Shown here one piece after another: positions 50,401 to 59,511 of a stretch of 64,000 nt of DNA. The DNA is from Promethearchaeota archaeon (GTDB lineage Archaea; Asgardarchaeota; Heimdallarchaeia; Hodarchaeales; Hodarchaeaceae). A program made the translations under genes and the position numbers. How positions within the stretch are numbered: the first letter of the stretch is position 1; every line of letters begins with the position of its first letter. The notes beneath the pieces were generated by a model that worked only from the letters and a program-made list of their open reading frames with translations, was not told where the DNA came from and searched no databases. Location: assembly GCA_048938105.1 (NCBI GenBank), contig JBHLMN010000008.1, positions 1-64,000 on the forward strand. The letters run 5' to 3'.

Positions 50401-51021
50401 TGGACCATGAAAGGAGCCGTTATAAATACCTGTTAAATCAAACTCTGTCCAGTTAGGATTGGTTTCGTTGGCTAAAATACGGTAGACAGCACGGTCATTG
50501 TTGATAGGATCTTCCATGGCATCATCCTGAAGAATTATGTGCAGCCCAAGTTGTACAGAAAGATTGTTCATGGCTGAAGGGATATAGATACCACCATAAT
50601 CAGAATCCCCCACAAACCAGATAGTGGCATCTGTGGAGTTCCACCAAGATTTAATTAAGGTAGATTCGTCCTCAGTGTAGAAATTTTGAGCATTTAGGAT
50701 TAACATTTCTGCAGAGTTCAGTACTGCTGGTTCAAGAATAGTGGTGGTATACACTTCATAACCCCAAGCTGACGCGTTATCTTTAAAACCCTCCACAGCT
50801 GTATGTATGGAGCCATTACCGTTAAAAATAACAATCCGTGGCAGACGTGAGGTTAAGCTCAAGGTTCCTCCTTGAAAATATGCTATTGCTAAAATATTTA
50901 GAGAAATTACTATCAGAAGAATTTTATTCTTAGTGATAAACTTCAATAATCTTACACATCCTACTAGTGGGTTAAATGAGGAAAAAAAACTTGAAAACTT
51001 TGACTTTTGACTGTGATTCAC
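47431..51021 (-). CDS. Surface protein with three tandem GIFT/DUF4350-like domains, two Ig-like domains, Pro/Thr linker and PGF-CTERM-like sorting signal
   Basis: Three 276-aa-scale repeats (LILNA...E...I..WW...IWF.GDSDY...MN.L..LGL); ends SPGF-hydrophobic-RRHQR. Start codon uncertain. Confidence 0.8.
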   Translation of the reverse strand: MNHSQKSKFSSFFSSFNPLVGCVRLLKFITKNKILLIVISLNILAIAYFQGGTLSLTSRLPRIVIFNGNGSIHTAVEGFKDNASAWGYEVYTTTILEPAVLNSAEMLILNAQNFYTEDESTLIKSWWNSTDATIWFVGDSDYGGIYIPSAMNNLSVQLGLHIILQDDAMEDPINNDRAVYRILANETNPNWTEFDLTGIYNGSFHGPCPVVPYNGTTDGINDMPSWDDLPYADWIWNTSRFGKVLDQDFDGDNKWEYIPPFTNGSFPLLAAEWHTGPNNKSKAIFSGEAIFADYKNMFSYISVTGLTQLSTITLIQRMITWAVDNTPIDVELIPRNYIITVWNGNGADHTSIEGFKTNATEWGYFVHDITTLTHDSLVMTDILLLNAQKTISEEEKGYIIKWWNSGDHAIWFTGDSDYGGIYIPSAMNNLSVELGLHIILQDDAIEDPIHNDDASYRVIANETNPSWTQFDLTGIYNGSFHAPCPVVPYNGTTDGINGMPSWDDLPYADWIWNTSRFGKVLDQDFDGDNTWEFIPPLTNGSISLLAAEWHTGPNNKSKAIFSGEAIFSDYKNMFGKVSANGFAQLTTITLIERMFKWIVDPSGFTGRGPNIVVFNGNEAYHTAIEGFTANASAWGYNVIATNYLNGIILEVTDILILNAPKYLTESERTLIKMWWHSGDHAIWFAGDSDYDALYNPFDMNILAVELGLHIILQDDCLMDNCSNDGAIHRIIANTTNPDWTAFDISEVKYGLFHAPCPVVPYNGTTDGINDMPNWEDLPYTDWIWNTSGSGTIMDQDHDADNVWEGYPPLVGGSYTLLAAEWHTGPNGMSKAIFSGEAIFADYKNMFGKVTENFRVDLQTITLVNNMLNWTHPSANRYFDEVWVDDIYPPEIVSIHHNLYDGTHLYNNQDLHLTFSVLDWGQSLLELESVEVFYSVDSTPEVSAAVTQIGYSDFESIIGPFAIGSLVKFYIKVVDKAGFTYTSMTYFFTILSDSTAPNIMNVWITPTANIDPTTIVIVSTDVEDVDSGLLRVETHYSTDFGNSWIVSKMNFITDNNFALDLPTFEEGTTVIVKVYAEDMVGNSAFSSELSFTSEYIVTTTTTISTTTPPTTTVPPTTTTSVPPTTTSVPPTTTSVPPTTTSVPPTTPTTSQPAKTKTTETTTTGTDTSESVPEVSPGFMIIPLLSAAILITLRRHQR
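47591..47674 (-). repeat. 21-bp tandem repeat x4 encoding TTTSVPP (linker)
   Basis: Units gt(a/g)ggtggtactgatgt(t/c)gtt at 47591, 47612, 47633, 47654. Confidence 0.9.
48410..50830 (-). repeat. Intragenic triplication (about 0.82 kb units) with exact-identity blocks
   Basis: 49434-49512 equals 50262-50340 (79 bp); 48484-48537 equals 50128-50181 (54 bp). Confidence 0.9.
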
Positions 51022-51310
51022 AAATCATTTATGGGGTTAGGTTTTTACTAGTTCCACCTTTATATCTTTTTTGAAAAAGTGTTCTATTAGAAAATCGCCG
51101 TTACATTAGAGTTCACTCGGTTTTTCTACCTATTTCTTTTCTTATTCGATAACAATGAAGATTTTGATTAATTTGACTGATAGAAATGATATCTAAGATT
51201 CTTACCGTTTTATTTTATTTTTTAACTCATATAATGCAAATTGTTTAGAATATAATTATTTTTTAAGTAAGATCTAAGACTCAAAAGGTCTCAATGCCTA
51301 TATTGAAAGG

Positions 51311-51366
51311 TTTAAAAACTAGTTTTTACTTGATATTAGCTAAGATAATACTTCCGATAATAGTAT
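51311..51366 (+). promoter_or_regulatory. Candidate PadR promoter/operator
   Basis: TTTAAAAA overlaps a perfect 14-bp palindrome AAAAACTAGTTTTT (51314-51327); ATACT-N9-AGTAT at 51348-51366. Confidence 0.4.
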
Positions 51367-51378
51367 GGGCTGAAGATT

Positions 51379-51762
51379 ATGTCCTTAAAAGAGTCTTTAA
51401 CCGATGATTTGACGAATTGGGTTGCCAAGGAAATTAATCAACTTTCAGGCAGTACTCTTCGCTTAGCATTACTTGCAATCATCAAGAAACATCAATCAAC
51501 TGGCATCTATGGATATGCTATTGGGGAAGAGCTCTTTTCGGATACTAAAGGGGAGTTAGACGGGACAAAAGCCACTTTCTATGCCATTCTTCGACGGTTG
51601 GAGAAAGACCAATTAGTAACATCCGAACTTCAAATGTCTCCAACTGGACCTGCGAGGAAATATTACCGTTTAACTCCTAAAGGTGAGAGAGCATATAATG
51701 CTCTCTGGCAGAATTGGATTCATTATTATGGAATTCTAGAACGTTTAATTGAAGAAAAATAG
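51379..51762 (+). CDS. PadR family transcriptional regulator
   Basis: YGYAI, TFYAILRRLE, GPARKYYRLT.KG. Confidence 0.9.
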   Translation: MSLKESLTDDLTNWVAKEINQLSGSTLRLALLAIIKKHQSTGIYGYAIGEELFSDTKGELDGTKATFYAILRRLEKDQLVTSELQMSPTGPARKYYRLTPKGERAYNALWQNWIHYYGILERLIEEK

Positions 51763-51774
51763 GAAAGATTGACC

Positions 51775-52842
51775 ATGAGTAAACAATCTGAAAGTGTTGA
51801 ACAATATTTAGAACAAGTAGGGATGTATTTAGAACCCTTAGCTGATAGAGATCAGATTATTAGGGAGTTACGATCTCACATCTGGGATCAAGCAAATAGA
51901 CTGTCCGAAGAAAACAAGGGACTTTCTGTACAAGCAGCATTTGATCAAGCCATTCTTCTAATGGAGGACCCACAAACCCTTGCAGCTAAATTTCTTGAGG
52001 AAGAATCGAGTGATTTTGCTGTTGATTGGAAATCTCCTCTTAAAGTACCTGAAGCTAAGGTTCGTAACGAACAATTCCTAGTCTTGGCTATTGTTGGTTT
52101 TGCTGCAGTTCTTATAATGTCTTTGACGATTCAGATCATCTCCAATGATCTATTAGTGTCCCTTATAGCTGTTGTAATAGGAATTCTCGCGATTGGGATG
52201 TTCACCTTTGGATTGTACCAAAGTGATGAAAAATTGTTCCAGGAGCAATTAACACGGTTTCGGGCGTTATTTCAGAGGCCTGAAAGCTCAAAACAAGGAA
52301 TGAAGGGCGATATTTCATTTATTCGCGAAAAATCCGTGTTGATTCGAGACGTGGGATTCTGGAGTGCTTTTGGCGAACATTTGGGGGGATTTTTTGGAGG
52401 AATTTTCATCGCCTTTCTCATAGGAGTCATATTTGTTTTGGATACCTCAAACCTCTTACCCTTGTTTAATGAGAATTGGTACACCATTGGGGCCCTAGCT
52501 ACATACGTTGTATTGGGATCTAGTTTGGCATACAGTGCATTTATGGTCGTGTTCGGTCGAATTCGAACCACACGGTTGCTATCTGCTGCAAAAAACGTTA
52601 TTGGTTTTTCTTGTGCAATAATATTAGTCGTATATTATCCATTCACGCTTAAATTAGCGATTTTAGCTCAGAATATTCCTGAAGTGATGACTGATCCAGA
52701 TTTTCTACTTATCGTGAGTAAAGCTGATCTTTTTCTCCAAATGATTATTGGTATTTCAGGTATAATTTCGGGAATTTCAGCGTTGTATGATATGTTTAAA
52801 TTTGGTGCATGGAAACCAAGTGATCGAAAATCGTTGATCTAA
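51775..52842 (+). CDS. HAAS-signalling-domain membrane protein (PadR partner)
   Basis: YLEQV..L....DQIIRELRSHI...DPQTLA followed by about six TM segments; directly downstream of PadR. Confidence 0.75.
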   Translation: MSKQSESVEQYLEQVGMYLEPLADRDQIIRELRSHIWDQANRLSEENKGLSVQAAFDQAILLMEDPQTLAAKFLEEESSDFAVDWKSPLKVPEAKVRNEQFLVLAIVGFAAVLIMSLTIQIISNDLLVSLIAVVIGILAIGMFTFGLYQSDEKLFQEQLTRFRALFQRPESSKQGMKGDISFIREKSVLIRDVGFWSAFGEHLGGFFGGIFIAFLIGVIFVLDTSNLLPLFNENWYTIGALATYVVLGSSLAYSAFMVVFGRIRTTRLLSAAKNVIGFSCAIILVVYYPFTLKLAILAQNIPEVMTDPDFLLIVSKADLFLQMIIGISGIISGISALYDMFKFGAWKPSDRKSLI

Positions 52843-52862
52843 TCATTCTCTTCTCTTTTTCT

Positions 52863-53036
52863 TCAAGTAATATTGATTCAAAACTAACCGAGGAGTTTCT
52901 CCAACTCCTTTTAGAGCTGCAAAAACGTCGTACTCTTACAGTTATCATGGCATCTCACGATCCTCAAGTTCTAAAGATAGCAGAAAAAGAGATTGAGTTA
53001 AAAGATGGGCAGTGTGTCAAAGTTACTGAGTATTAA
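52863..53036 (+). pseudogene. C-terminal remnant of a LolD/MacB-type ABC ATPase
   Basis: Translates SNIDSKLTEEFLQLLLELQKRRTLTVIMASHDPQVLKIAEKEIELKDG...EY*: D-loop end, H-loop (SHD) and LKDG; no Walker A/B and no start. Confidence 0.8.
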
Positions 53037-53283
53037 ACAATCTCCTTAAACGCTTAATACAAATATATTTAGTCTATTCCTCTTTAGTAAATTCTAGCCT
53101 CAAAGGCGGGTAAATTTCCTTCTCCTATAAGTCTAAGCTGCATACTATTAGTTTTGAATGAAGATAGACAACCTTATAAAGGAAAATCTAAGTGATCTTT
53201 GTATAATAAAGTCATTTTGAGAATAAATATAGAGAGTCTTTTTACATTATGTTTAAAAGTTATCAATCCCAAATCTGAAGTAG

Positions 53284-54147
53284 ATGGCAATCATGCCCAT
53301 AATTGCATCATCAGATGTAGAAGAATCGACTGACGAAGAAATCCTGAAAGAATTAAGGAACCTATTAAGCTTAAAAGGTATTGATTCTGAGGAAAATGTT
53401 CTTACAACGTGGAAATCACTTCTAAAAATGAAGGAGGAACTATCACTTCCCTCCTTAAATCCCATTAAGCAACATTATTATTTCTATCAACAATTAATAG
53501 ATATCCAAAAAGTCTTAAATCTCTCCTTTATGGCTGACAAGGAAGGTATCAAAAAAATCATTGATGATGCAAAATTAGATATAAAAGGAAATTATCTAAA
53601 GAATGCCAGTGAAAAACTGAAACAAGCCTCTCAATTGATATCACGCTTAGGAACTAAGGAGAGGGAAGCAAAGAAGCTAACAGAGGATTCATCACAGGAA
53701 ATAAAAATTGATTTTAAACAATTAAATCAGCTTTATATTGAAATAAATACTCTACGTAAATTCTATAAACTACCTGAAACAACCCCCATGCTAGATATTA
53801 TAACCATGATTAAACGGCAATCTTTGCAAGAATTAGCATTGCTAGGTATTGATTCTGATTCTCTTATTCTTAAAGTTCTATTATTTGATTTAACGCCGTC
53901 TAAGCAAAAAGTTTCACAAGTTCAAGAGAGATTAACAATAGAAAATGACTTAGATCATAATATTTATGAGATATTAGTCGCTTATGGCCCTCTTTCTCGC
54001 CCTGAAATTGTACAATTGACGGGTATTGCACGTAGCTCAATCTATGATAGCTTACAACGATTGATAGTGAAAGGATTTGCAGTTCAGTATAAAGAAAAGA
54101 GAAGTCACACTGGCCGTCCAGCAACGGTGTTTGATGCATTAATATAA
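53284..54147 (+). CDS. Helical protein with C-terminal TrmB-type HTH (putative transcription regulator)
   Basis: IYEILV..GPLSRPEIVQLTGIARSSIYDSLQRL..KG...GRP. Confidence 0.8.
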   Translation: MAIMPIIASSDVEESTDEEILKELRNLLSLKGIDSEENVLTTWKSLLKMKEELSLPSLNPIKQHYYFYQQLIDIQKVLNLSFMADKEGIKKIIDDAKLDIKGNYLKNASEKLKQASQLISRLGTKEREAKKLTEDSSQEIKIDFKQLNQLYIEINTLRKFYKLPETTPMLDIITMIKRQSLQELALLGIDSDSLILKVLLFDLTPSKQKVSQVQERLTIENDLDHNIYEILVAYGPLSRPEIVQLTGIARSSIYDSLQRLIVKGFAVQYKEKRSHTGRPATVFDALI

Positions 54148-54209
54148 AATTTGATTAACACAAATTACGAATTAAATAACTCGTTATTCAATAAGTAAAG
54201 ATTAATGTA

Positions 54210-56030
54210 TCAGAATGGTTTTGTTAAATTTTCTTCTGCAATCATAAAGTGAACCATTTTAGCAATCGGATAATGGTCCTTTTGGATAGAACTAACCGAG
54301 CTTCCAACTGTTGCTTTATAAAACAAAGAAAATAAATTATTTGTATCCTGAGGAGAAAAATGATTACGTAAGAACGGATTACGGAATGATTTTCCTCTTG
54401 GTACATGCAGGTCTTCAAGTCTGAAATCAGGAACGTTTGTATTATTAAATCCAATGAGTTTCTTTAAATTCTTTGCCGTATTACCATTAATAGGAATACT
54501 CCTATCGTTATTGGTTAGATCTGATAGGATAAAGTATAATCCTGTTTGCATACCAAGAATACCCCAAAGAAGGAAGTCGTCAAATCCTTGAATGAATGAT
54601 AATGCAGTTCTGATAGTAAACAATATGGTTGCGAAAAGCCAAGATAGGACAATTGCATTTCTTTTATTAAGGCTAATTCCATTAAAATATTCGTGATATA
54701 TTCTCCAAAGGTAAGCTTTTAGCATTAAATAAGAGGTAAAGACCAAAAAACTCATAACTTTTATCTGTGTTTGTCTTTCATTTTTAAAGTAGATAGCTTT
54801 GGTTGGTACATCTTGTATACGAATTCCAGCCACATCTAAACGACATAACCAGTCTCCTGGATAACCGTAACCTTGACGAGCTTTAGTCCAATCAATGAGG
54901 GGAATCACATTTCTATGAATAGCTGTATAACCCATCTGGGAATCAAATAAACCAATGCGTCCCGATGCTATTATTGTTATAATAGAACAGAGAATATTAC
55001 CAATTATTCGTAATTTAGGCATTTCTCTAAAAGCATTGCCTTTTAAAGAAGGATTTTTATAAATAAATCTATTTCCTTTTGTATAATCAGCTTCCCTTTT
55101 TACAATAGGCTGAATTAAGCTTTGGAGGTCTTCCATCTCCATCTGAGCATCCCCACCAATAACAACGAAAATGTCATAACCATCCTCGTAGGCATTTATG
55201 TAACCTGAAATTATAGCGCCTCCTACTCCCTTATTCTCAAAATGATTGATTAATGATATACGGTGATCTCTTGACATCATTTCCTTTACTTTTGTTGATG
55301 TACTATCTGTACTGGCGTCGTTCACTACATAGATTTTTTGTACTAATTTAGGGATATTTGACAAGGTTCTTTGGATTAATTTTTCTTCATTATGAGCTGG
55401 GATAACCATGGCAACATTTGGATTATATGAGATTCTCGTTGAAGGAGAAAACCCATTTAAAAGAAGAGAATATTTATTATGGACATTATTAATAAGAATC
55501 ATTGCGAATATTGCCTGTATTGCACTAAGAAAACAATAAATGCATTCTATATTGGATGTATCATTAGTTAAAACTATACTACTAATGAGAATAGAAGGAA
55601 ATACAGTTAGTATAGTTAATGCAAATGTTACCTTTTTAATTTTAGTGTTATTTCGATCTATTGTCAAATAAAATAATATAAAGACCATAAATAAGTTGAA
55701 ATAAAACATCCAATTCATTAATTGCAATATATTCGAATCTAAAGTATTACTAGAGGTAAATGTAAAAAGTAATAGATTGAAACCAAGGCCTATTGCTCCA
55801 AATAAGGTAAATTGTTGATAATTTAAGGTTCCGAAGATATAATCGTAATTGGTCTTAATCAAAACAGCTATACTGAGGATTAATGAATATAGTAATAGCA
55901 AAAATCCTGTTATTTTAGAAATAACAGATAGATTATATATTATTGATATTATATTTGATGAAATAACCGTTAATGTAGAAAATAATATAATAGCGTTAAT
56001 CTTGTTTCTGTTCAAGCATTCTCCAACCAA
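54210..56030 (-). CDS. Glycosyltransferase family 2 with N-terminal multi-TM region
   Basis: VIPAHNEE, VVNDASTD, NKGVGGA, GGDAQM, KGNRF, DSQMGY. Confidence 0.85.
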   Translation of the reverse strand: MVGECLNRNKINAIILFSTLTVISSNIISIIYNLSVISKITGFLLLLYSLILSIAVLIKTNYDYIFGTLNYQQFTLFGAIGLGFNLLLFTFTSSNTLDSNILQLMNWMFYFNLFMVFILFYLTIDRNNTKIKKVTFALTILTVFPSILISSIVLTNDTSNIECIYCFLSAIQAIFAMILINNVHNKYSLLLNGFSPSTRISYNPNVAMVIPAHNEEKLIQRTLSNIPKLVQKIYVVNDASTDSTSTKVKEMMSRDHRISLINHFENKGVGGAIISGYINAYEDGYDIFVVIGGDAQMEMEDLQSLIQPIVKREADYTKGNRFIYKNPSLKGNAFREMPKLRIIGNILCSIITIIASGRIGLFDSQMGYTAIHRNVIPLIDWTKARQGYGYPGDWLCRLDVAGIRIQDVPTKAIYFKNERQTQIKVMSFLVFTSYLMLKAYLWRIYHEYFNGISLNKRNAIVLSWLFATILFTIRTALSFIQGFDDFLLWGILGMQTGLYFILSDLTNNDRSIPINGNTAKNLKKLIGFNNTNVPDFRLEDLHVPRGKSFRNPFLRNHFSPQDTNNLFSLFYKATVGSSVSSIQKDHYPIAKMVHFMIAEENLTKPF

Positions 56031-56349
56031 TTTATTCCCTATTTTTGACTCTAGTTAACAAAGATTCGATGGTTTACTGTTCTTCCGTATGTCGCGTATT
56101 AGATGGTGCTAGACTTGAGATCAGCAATTGTAATTGAATTTCTTTTTCCGTATTCATATCTCTTTCAGTGTTAACTCGTTAGAAAGAACCTTACACATGG
56201 CTATAAATATTTTTCCAGCATCTATGAACATTAATATCGATATAACAATCCGTATTTGTCCCCCTATTTATAATTTTCTGAATAAAGAATTGTATGATTC
56301 AGAAGCGTAAGTAAATGTACACACACGATTAATCTTTAAATATAAGCCA

Positions 56350-56695
56350 AGAACCAACAAATTACTGGATGTAGCATCTGATTACGATGATCGGCATTCT
56401 AAGTTACTTACAATTATATTTCCGACAAAACTGTTGACACAACTTTTTTTTCCGACAATACATCTATTGAAGAACTTATAAAGCTATAAAAACTGCATTA
56501 ATTAAATCTATATATACGATTATTGTAATATAAATCTATCTTCAGTACAAACTTAGTTAAGTCTAATCATCGTTAAAGATATTAGGACCAGTAAATTATT
56601 AGATGTAGCTAGATACCCAAATTGGCAAACCAAAGTTGGAAAGACTTCTATTCCGACTAAATAGTAACTTTAGCTTTTTTTTCCGACAAAACATC
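56350..56695. repeat. Degenerate direct repeat (offset about 231 bp), each unit carrying two TTCCGAC motifs 30 bp apart
   Basis: TCCGAC at 56421, 56451, 56652, 56682; shared upstream box aaatta(c/t)t(g/a)gatgtagc at about 56359 and 56593. Confidence 0.7.
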
Positions 56696-57287
56696 AATAG
56701 TTTTTGTTAAATGGCTTTTGTCGAATTTTTGATAGTGTTTTGCAAAAAAACAACAAAACCTTTATATTTGTTTCTAAGTATAATACTTGTAGTAAAAAAT
56801 AAATTTAAGAGATCGTCATGGATAAATACTGGAAATACCCTCACTTATAAAATAAAAAAGGATAATATTACAAATATCGCAGGTAAAAGCTGGTTTACTC
56901 ACGTAAATAAATCAGGCTTTGTCTTAAAAGATTCCAATTATTCTTCATGTTGTTTCAACATGATTACATGGAAAATTTGTCTTAATACTAAAAAAATATA
57001 AAACCATTTCAATAGAATGATCTGTAAAAGGACACGAACATTGACAATAAGGATAAGCATCTGAAAGCATTTTGAACTAACTGAATTTAATCTTTCATAG
57101 AAAAAGATAAGTTTTCTATGAATTTTATCACATTCAATACAACTTCTTCGTGCGTTAATATTGACAAGTACTCCCCCTCACATTTATTCAGGTGATCATT
57201 ATCAAAAGAAGAAACTGATAAAAGAATGAAGCGAAATTTGACTCTTTTTTCATTTATTAGAAAAAAAGCATATTATCTTATTCAAAA

Positions 57288-57422
57288 TCATTTTAGATTA
57301 TACAACCTGAGTATGCATAATATTAGAATGATCAAAATTATAATTATAACTGTTTTCTTGATTTTTCGTTTGATTAAGGCCCATTCCTCTTCATTTATGC
57401 TCATTGAATCGCCTGTACTCAT
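57288..57422 (-). CDS. Small single-TM peptide (44 aa)
   Basis: MSTGDSMSINEEEWALIKRKIKKTVIIIILIILILCILRLYNLK*; agggag SD upstream. Confidence 0.4.
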   Translation of the reverse strand: MSTGDSMSINEEEWALIKRKIKKTVIIIILIILILCILRLYNLK

Positions 57423-57709
57423 TTTTAACACTCCCTAAATGAGCCAAATAATAATAGGAAGGCCACTTACAATGATTAATAAAGTGGTATTAGAATCTAT
57501 GTAAGATTTCATCTATTATGAAAAATCATGTTTGCTTCTAATGAGAATTTATAAGTTCTTATTTATTTTAGTACAGCTATCGTTTAGTATTTCTTATATC
57601 TTTTACTTCTGGATTTTTATATAAATCTTGAGGGGTGGTTCTTGTAATCGGTTCGTTTGTAGAGAAAGCTATCTATTCCTTTCAACTAGTGCTATTCATT
57701 CATCATAGA

Positions 57710-58099
57710 CTATTTATTTAATCTCTCAAAACACTCATTACATATATTTTTTGTGTATTCCTCTGTGAAAGGAATGAGATCACTGAACGCTTTAACCCTT
57801 TTTCCGCAATTATTACATTTTGGAAAACCACGGATGAAGAATTGAACAACTCTACTAGGACAAAAGTGCGTGGTTTCAAATTTTCTTTCTTTCCCTAGTT
57901 ATCTCATATCCCCATTAACTCGTATTGCATACATTAAAGGATACATTCCTACATAAGCCTCTCCGCAAATAGGCTTATCTGGGGTTCGATATTCAGCTAT
58001 AAAAGTTTCACCAATTTTATGGTCTACTCTGCATGGAGATTTTACCTTAATGACCTTAATTTGAAAACTCATTGGTTCATACCATTCATCTTCACTCAT
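57710..58099 (-). pseudogene. TIGR04076-like protein with C-terminal zinc finger, interrupted by an in-frame TAA at 57899-57901
   Basis: IKVIKVKSPC..DHKIGETF....ICGEA; after the stop the frame continues LGKERKFETTHFCPSRVVQF...CNNCG...CNECFERLNK*. Confidence 0.75.
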
Positions 58100-58109
58100 T
58101 TCAAGATCA

Positions 58110-58904
58110 TTATTCCATTAAATTTTCGTGTTGGTGGAGAATTTTGAGCGTCTCTACCGCTACGTGTGCTTGAACTTTGCATGTCTTAATATACTCCTTA
58201 TCTAAATATGAAATATTCCATCCTTTTTCTAGATCAATATAGGGTTGTAAAAGTGCACCAATCGGGATTTTTTTTGCTTTAGCTATTGAATAAAGTGTTG
58301 CAACTTCACCATTTTCCATAGATATGCAGCCTTTTTTGCGAAATTCATCCATCGAATCTGGGGTAATCCGATAGATTGCTTCACATGCTCCTACTCCTCC
58401 TTCCTTCCAATTTGTACCTATTTTGTTCAATGTTGTAGTAAGAGCATTAAATGCCCGTGGTTCGTTCTCAATCCTCCAGTTCTTATTCTCATAATGCACT
58501 GATGTACCATCGATGCCGATAGCAAAACTGGGTAGATGTAACTGTCCTTTCAATAAATAATTTTCTCCTAGTCCCCAAGAAGCACAAACAAGGATGATAT
58601 TCTTTGCACCAAAATAAATTAATTCCTCAGTAAATGCTGCCAAAGGAGATGCTCCCATAGGTGGTATAAACACAGCAAGGTCATACTCGATTTTTCCTTT
58701 CACACTTTTTTGTGATGATGAATATGGACTAAGCATCTCTCCTTTCCACTTCCATTCCTGTAGATTATATGTCTTTGTTAATTCTTCTAATACTGTGTTG
58801 CTGAATGTTAATATAATTGAAGAAGGGACGGTAATGTCAGAACGAGGTATATTTCGGCTTTTAGCTATTCTTAAAATGTCTGCTGGATTAAGTATATACA
58901 TCAA
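58110..58904 (-). CDS. Nucleoside phosphorylase (PNP/UDP family)
   Basis: MGASP...EELI.FGAK.II.V, A.GIDGTS.HY, AIYR, SMENGE. Confidence 0.8.
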   Translation of the reverse strand: MMYILNPADILRIAKSRNIPRSDITVPSSIILTFSNTVLEELTKTYNLQEWKWKGEMLSPYSSSQKSVKGKIEYDLAVFIPPMGASPLAAFTEELIYFGAKNIILVCASWGLGENYLLKGQLHLPSFAIGIDGTSVHYENKNWRIENEPRAFNALTTTLNKIGTNWKEGGVGACEAIYRITPDSMDEFRKKGCISMENGEVATLYSIAKAKKIPIGALLQPYIDLEKGWNISYLDKEYIKTCKVQAHVAVETLKILHQHENLME

Positions 58905-59511
58905 AGATCATCCTAGTATTTTGAATATATGTTTAAAAGCAAAAATAGAAATGAGAAAAGGATTTGATCAATTTCCTTTCCTCAGTACTAAATTAGAGAA
59001 AACTTGAATTCCTATACAAGGGTGTACTTTAGTACGAAAGAGTGTGAAAGAATTCTTTCATATTATCCTCCTTTTCTATATTAATAAAGCGTATGATCTG
59101 TGCAAATGCTATTTTTATCAGCCTCCTAATATTAAAAATAGTGAGGATACAACCTCATATTACGTATATCAAAGTAAAAAGAATAGTAGAGGCTTCCCTC
59201 AAGTAAAAAAGGAGGAGGAAGGAAGATTTCGTTATCTCCTTTCCTCTATAAAATAGAAATAGGAAGGTTTCTTCTTTTATGAATAACTACTTCGATTTTT
59301 TCTCACAGAGCACCTTAATAAAGGAATTGATACGTGCAAAGTTTCCTTCTTTCGATATTATAGTCTGATATATATATTTCAAATGAAAAAAAGTTTGATT
59401 ATTTTATATTAATATCTGAATACTCTCATAATTAGTCTTTTAATAAGAAACTTCGGGATTATTAACCAATTAGATGAGTGTTACGATCAGTTTTACGCTT
59501 AATATGACGAT

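Noticed and set aside
56350-56695. CRISPR array or canonical ORB-type oriC
   Set aside because: The conserved core is only about 7 bp with four copies, there are no cas genes, no GTTCCAGTGGAAAC/G-string ORB and no adjacent orc1/cdc6.
56711-57438. Plus-strand ORFs 56711..57001 and 57226..57438 (also 58795..59007 and 59044..59256)
   Set aside because: AT-rich, motif-free and non-protein-like in composition; treated as spurious.
59215-59246. Purine/pyrimidine hairpin gaggaaggaagat-ttcgtt-atctcctttcctc
   Set aside because: Low-complexity sequence, isolated and far from gene ends; cannot be distinguished from chance.
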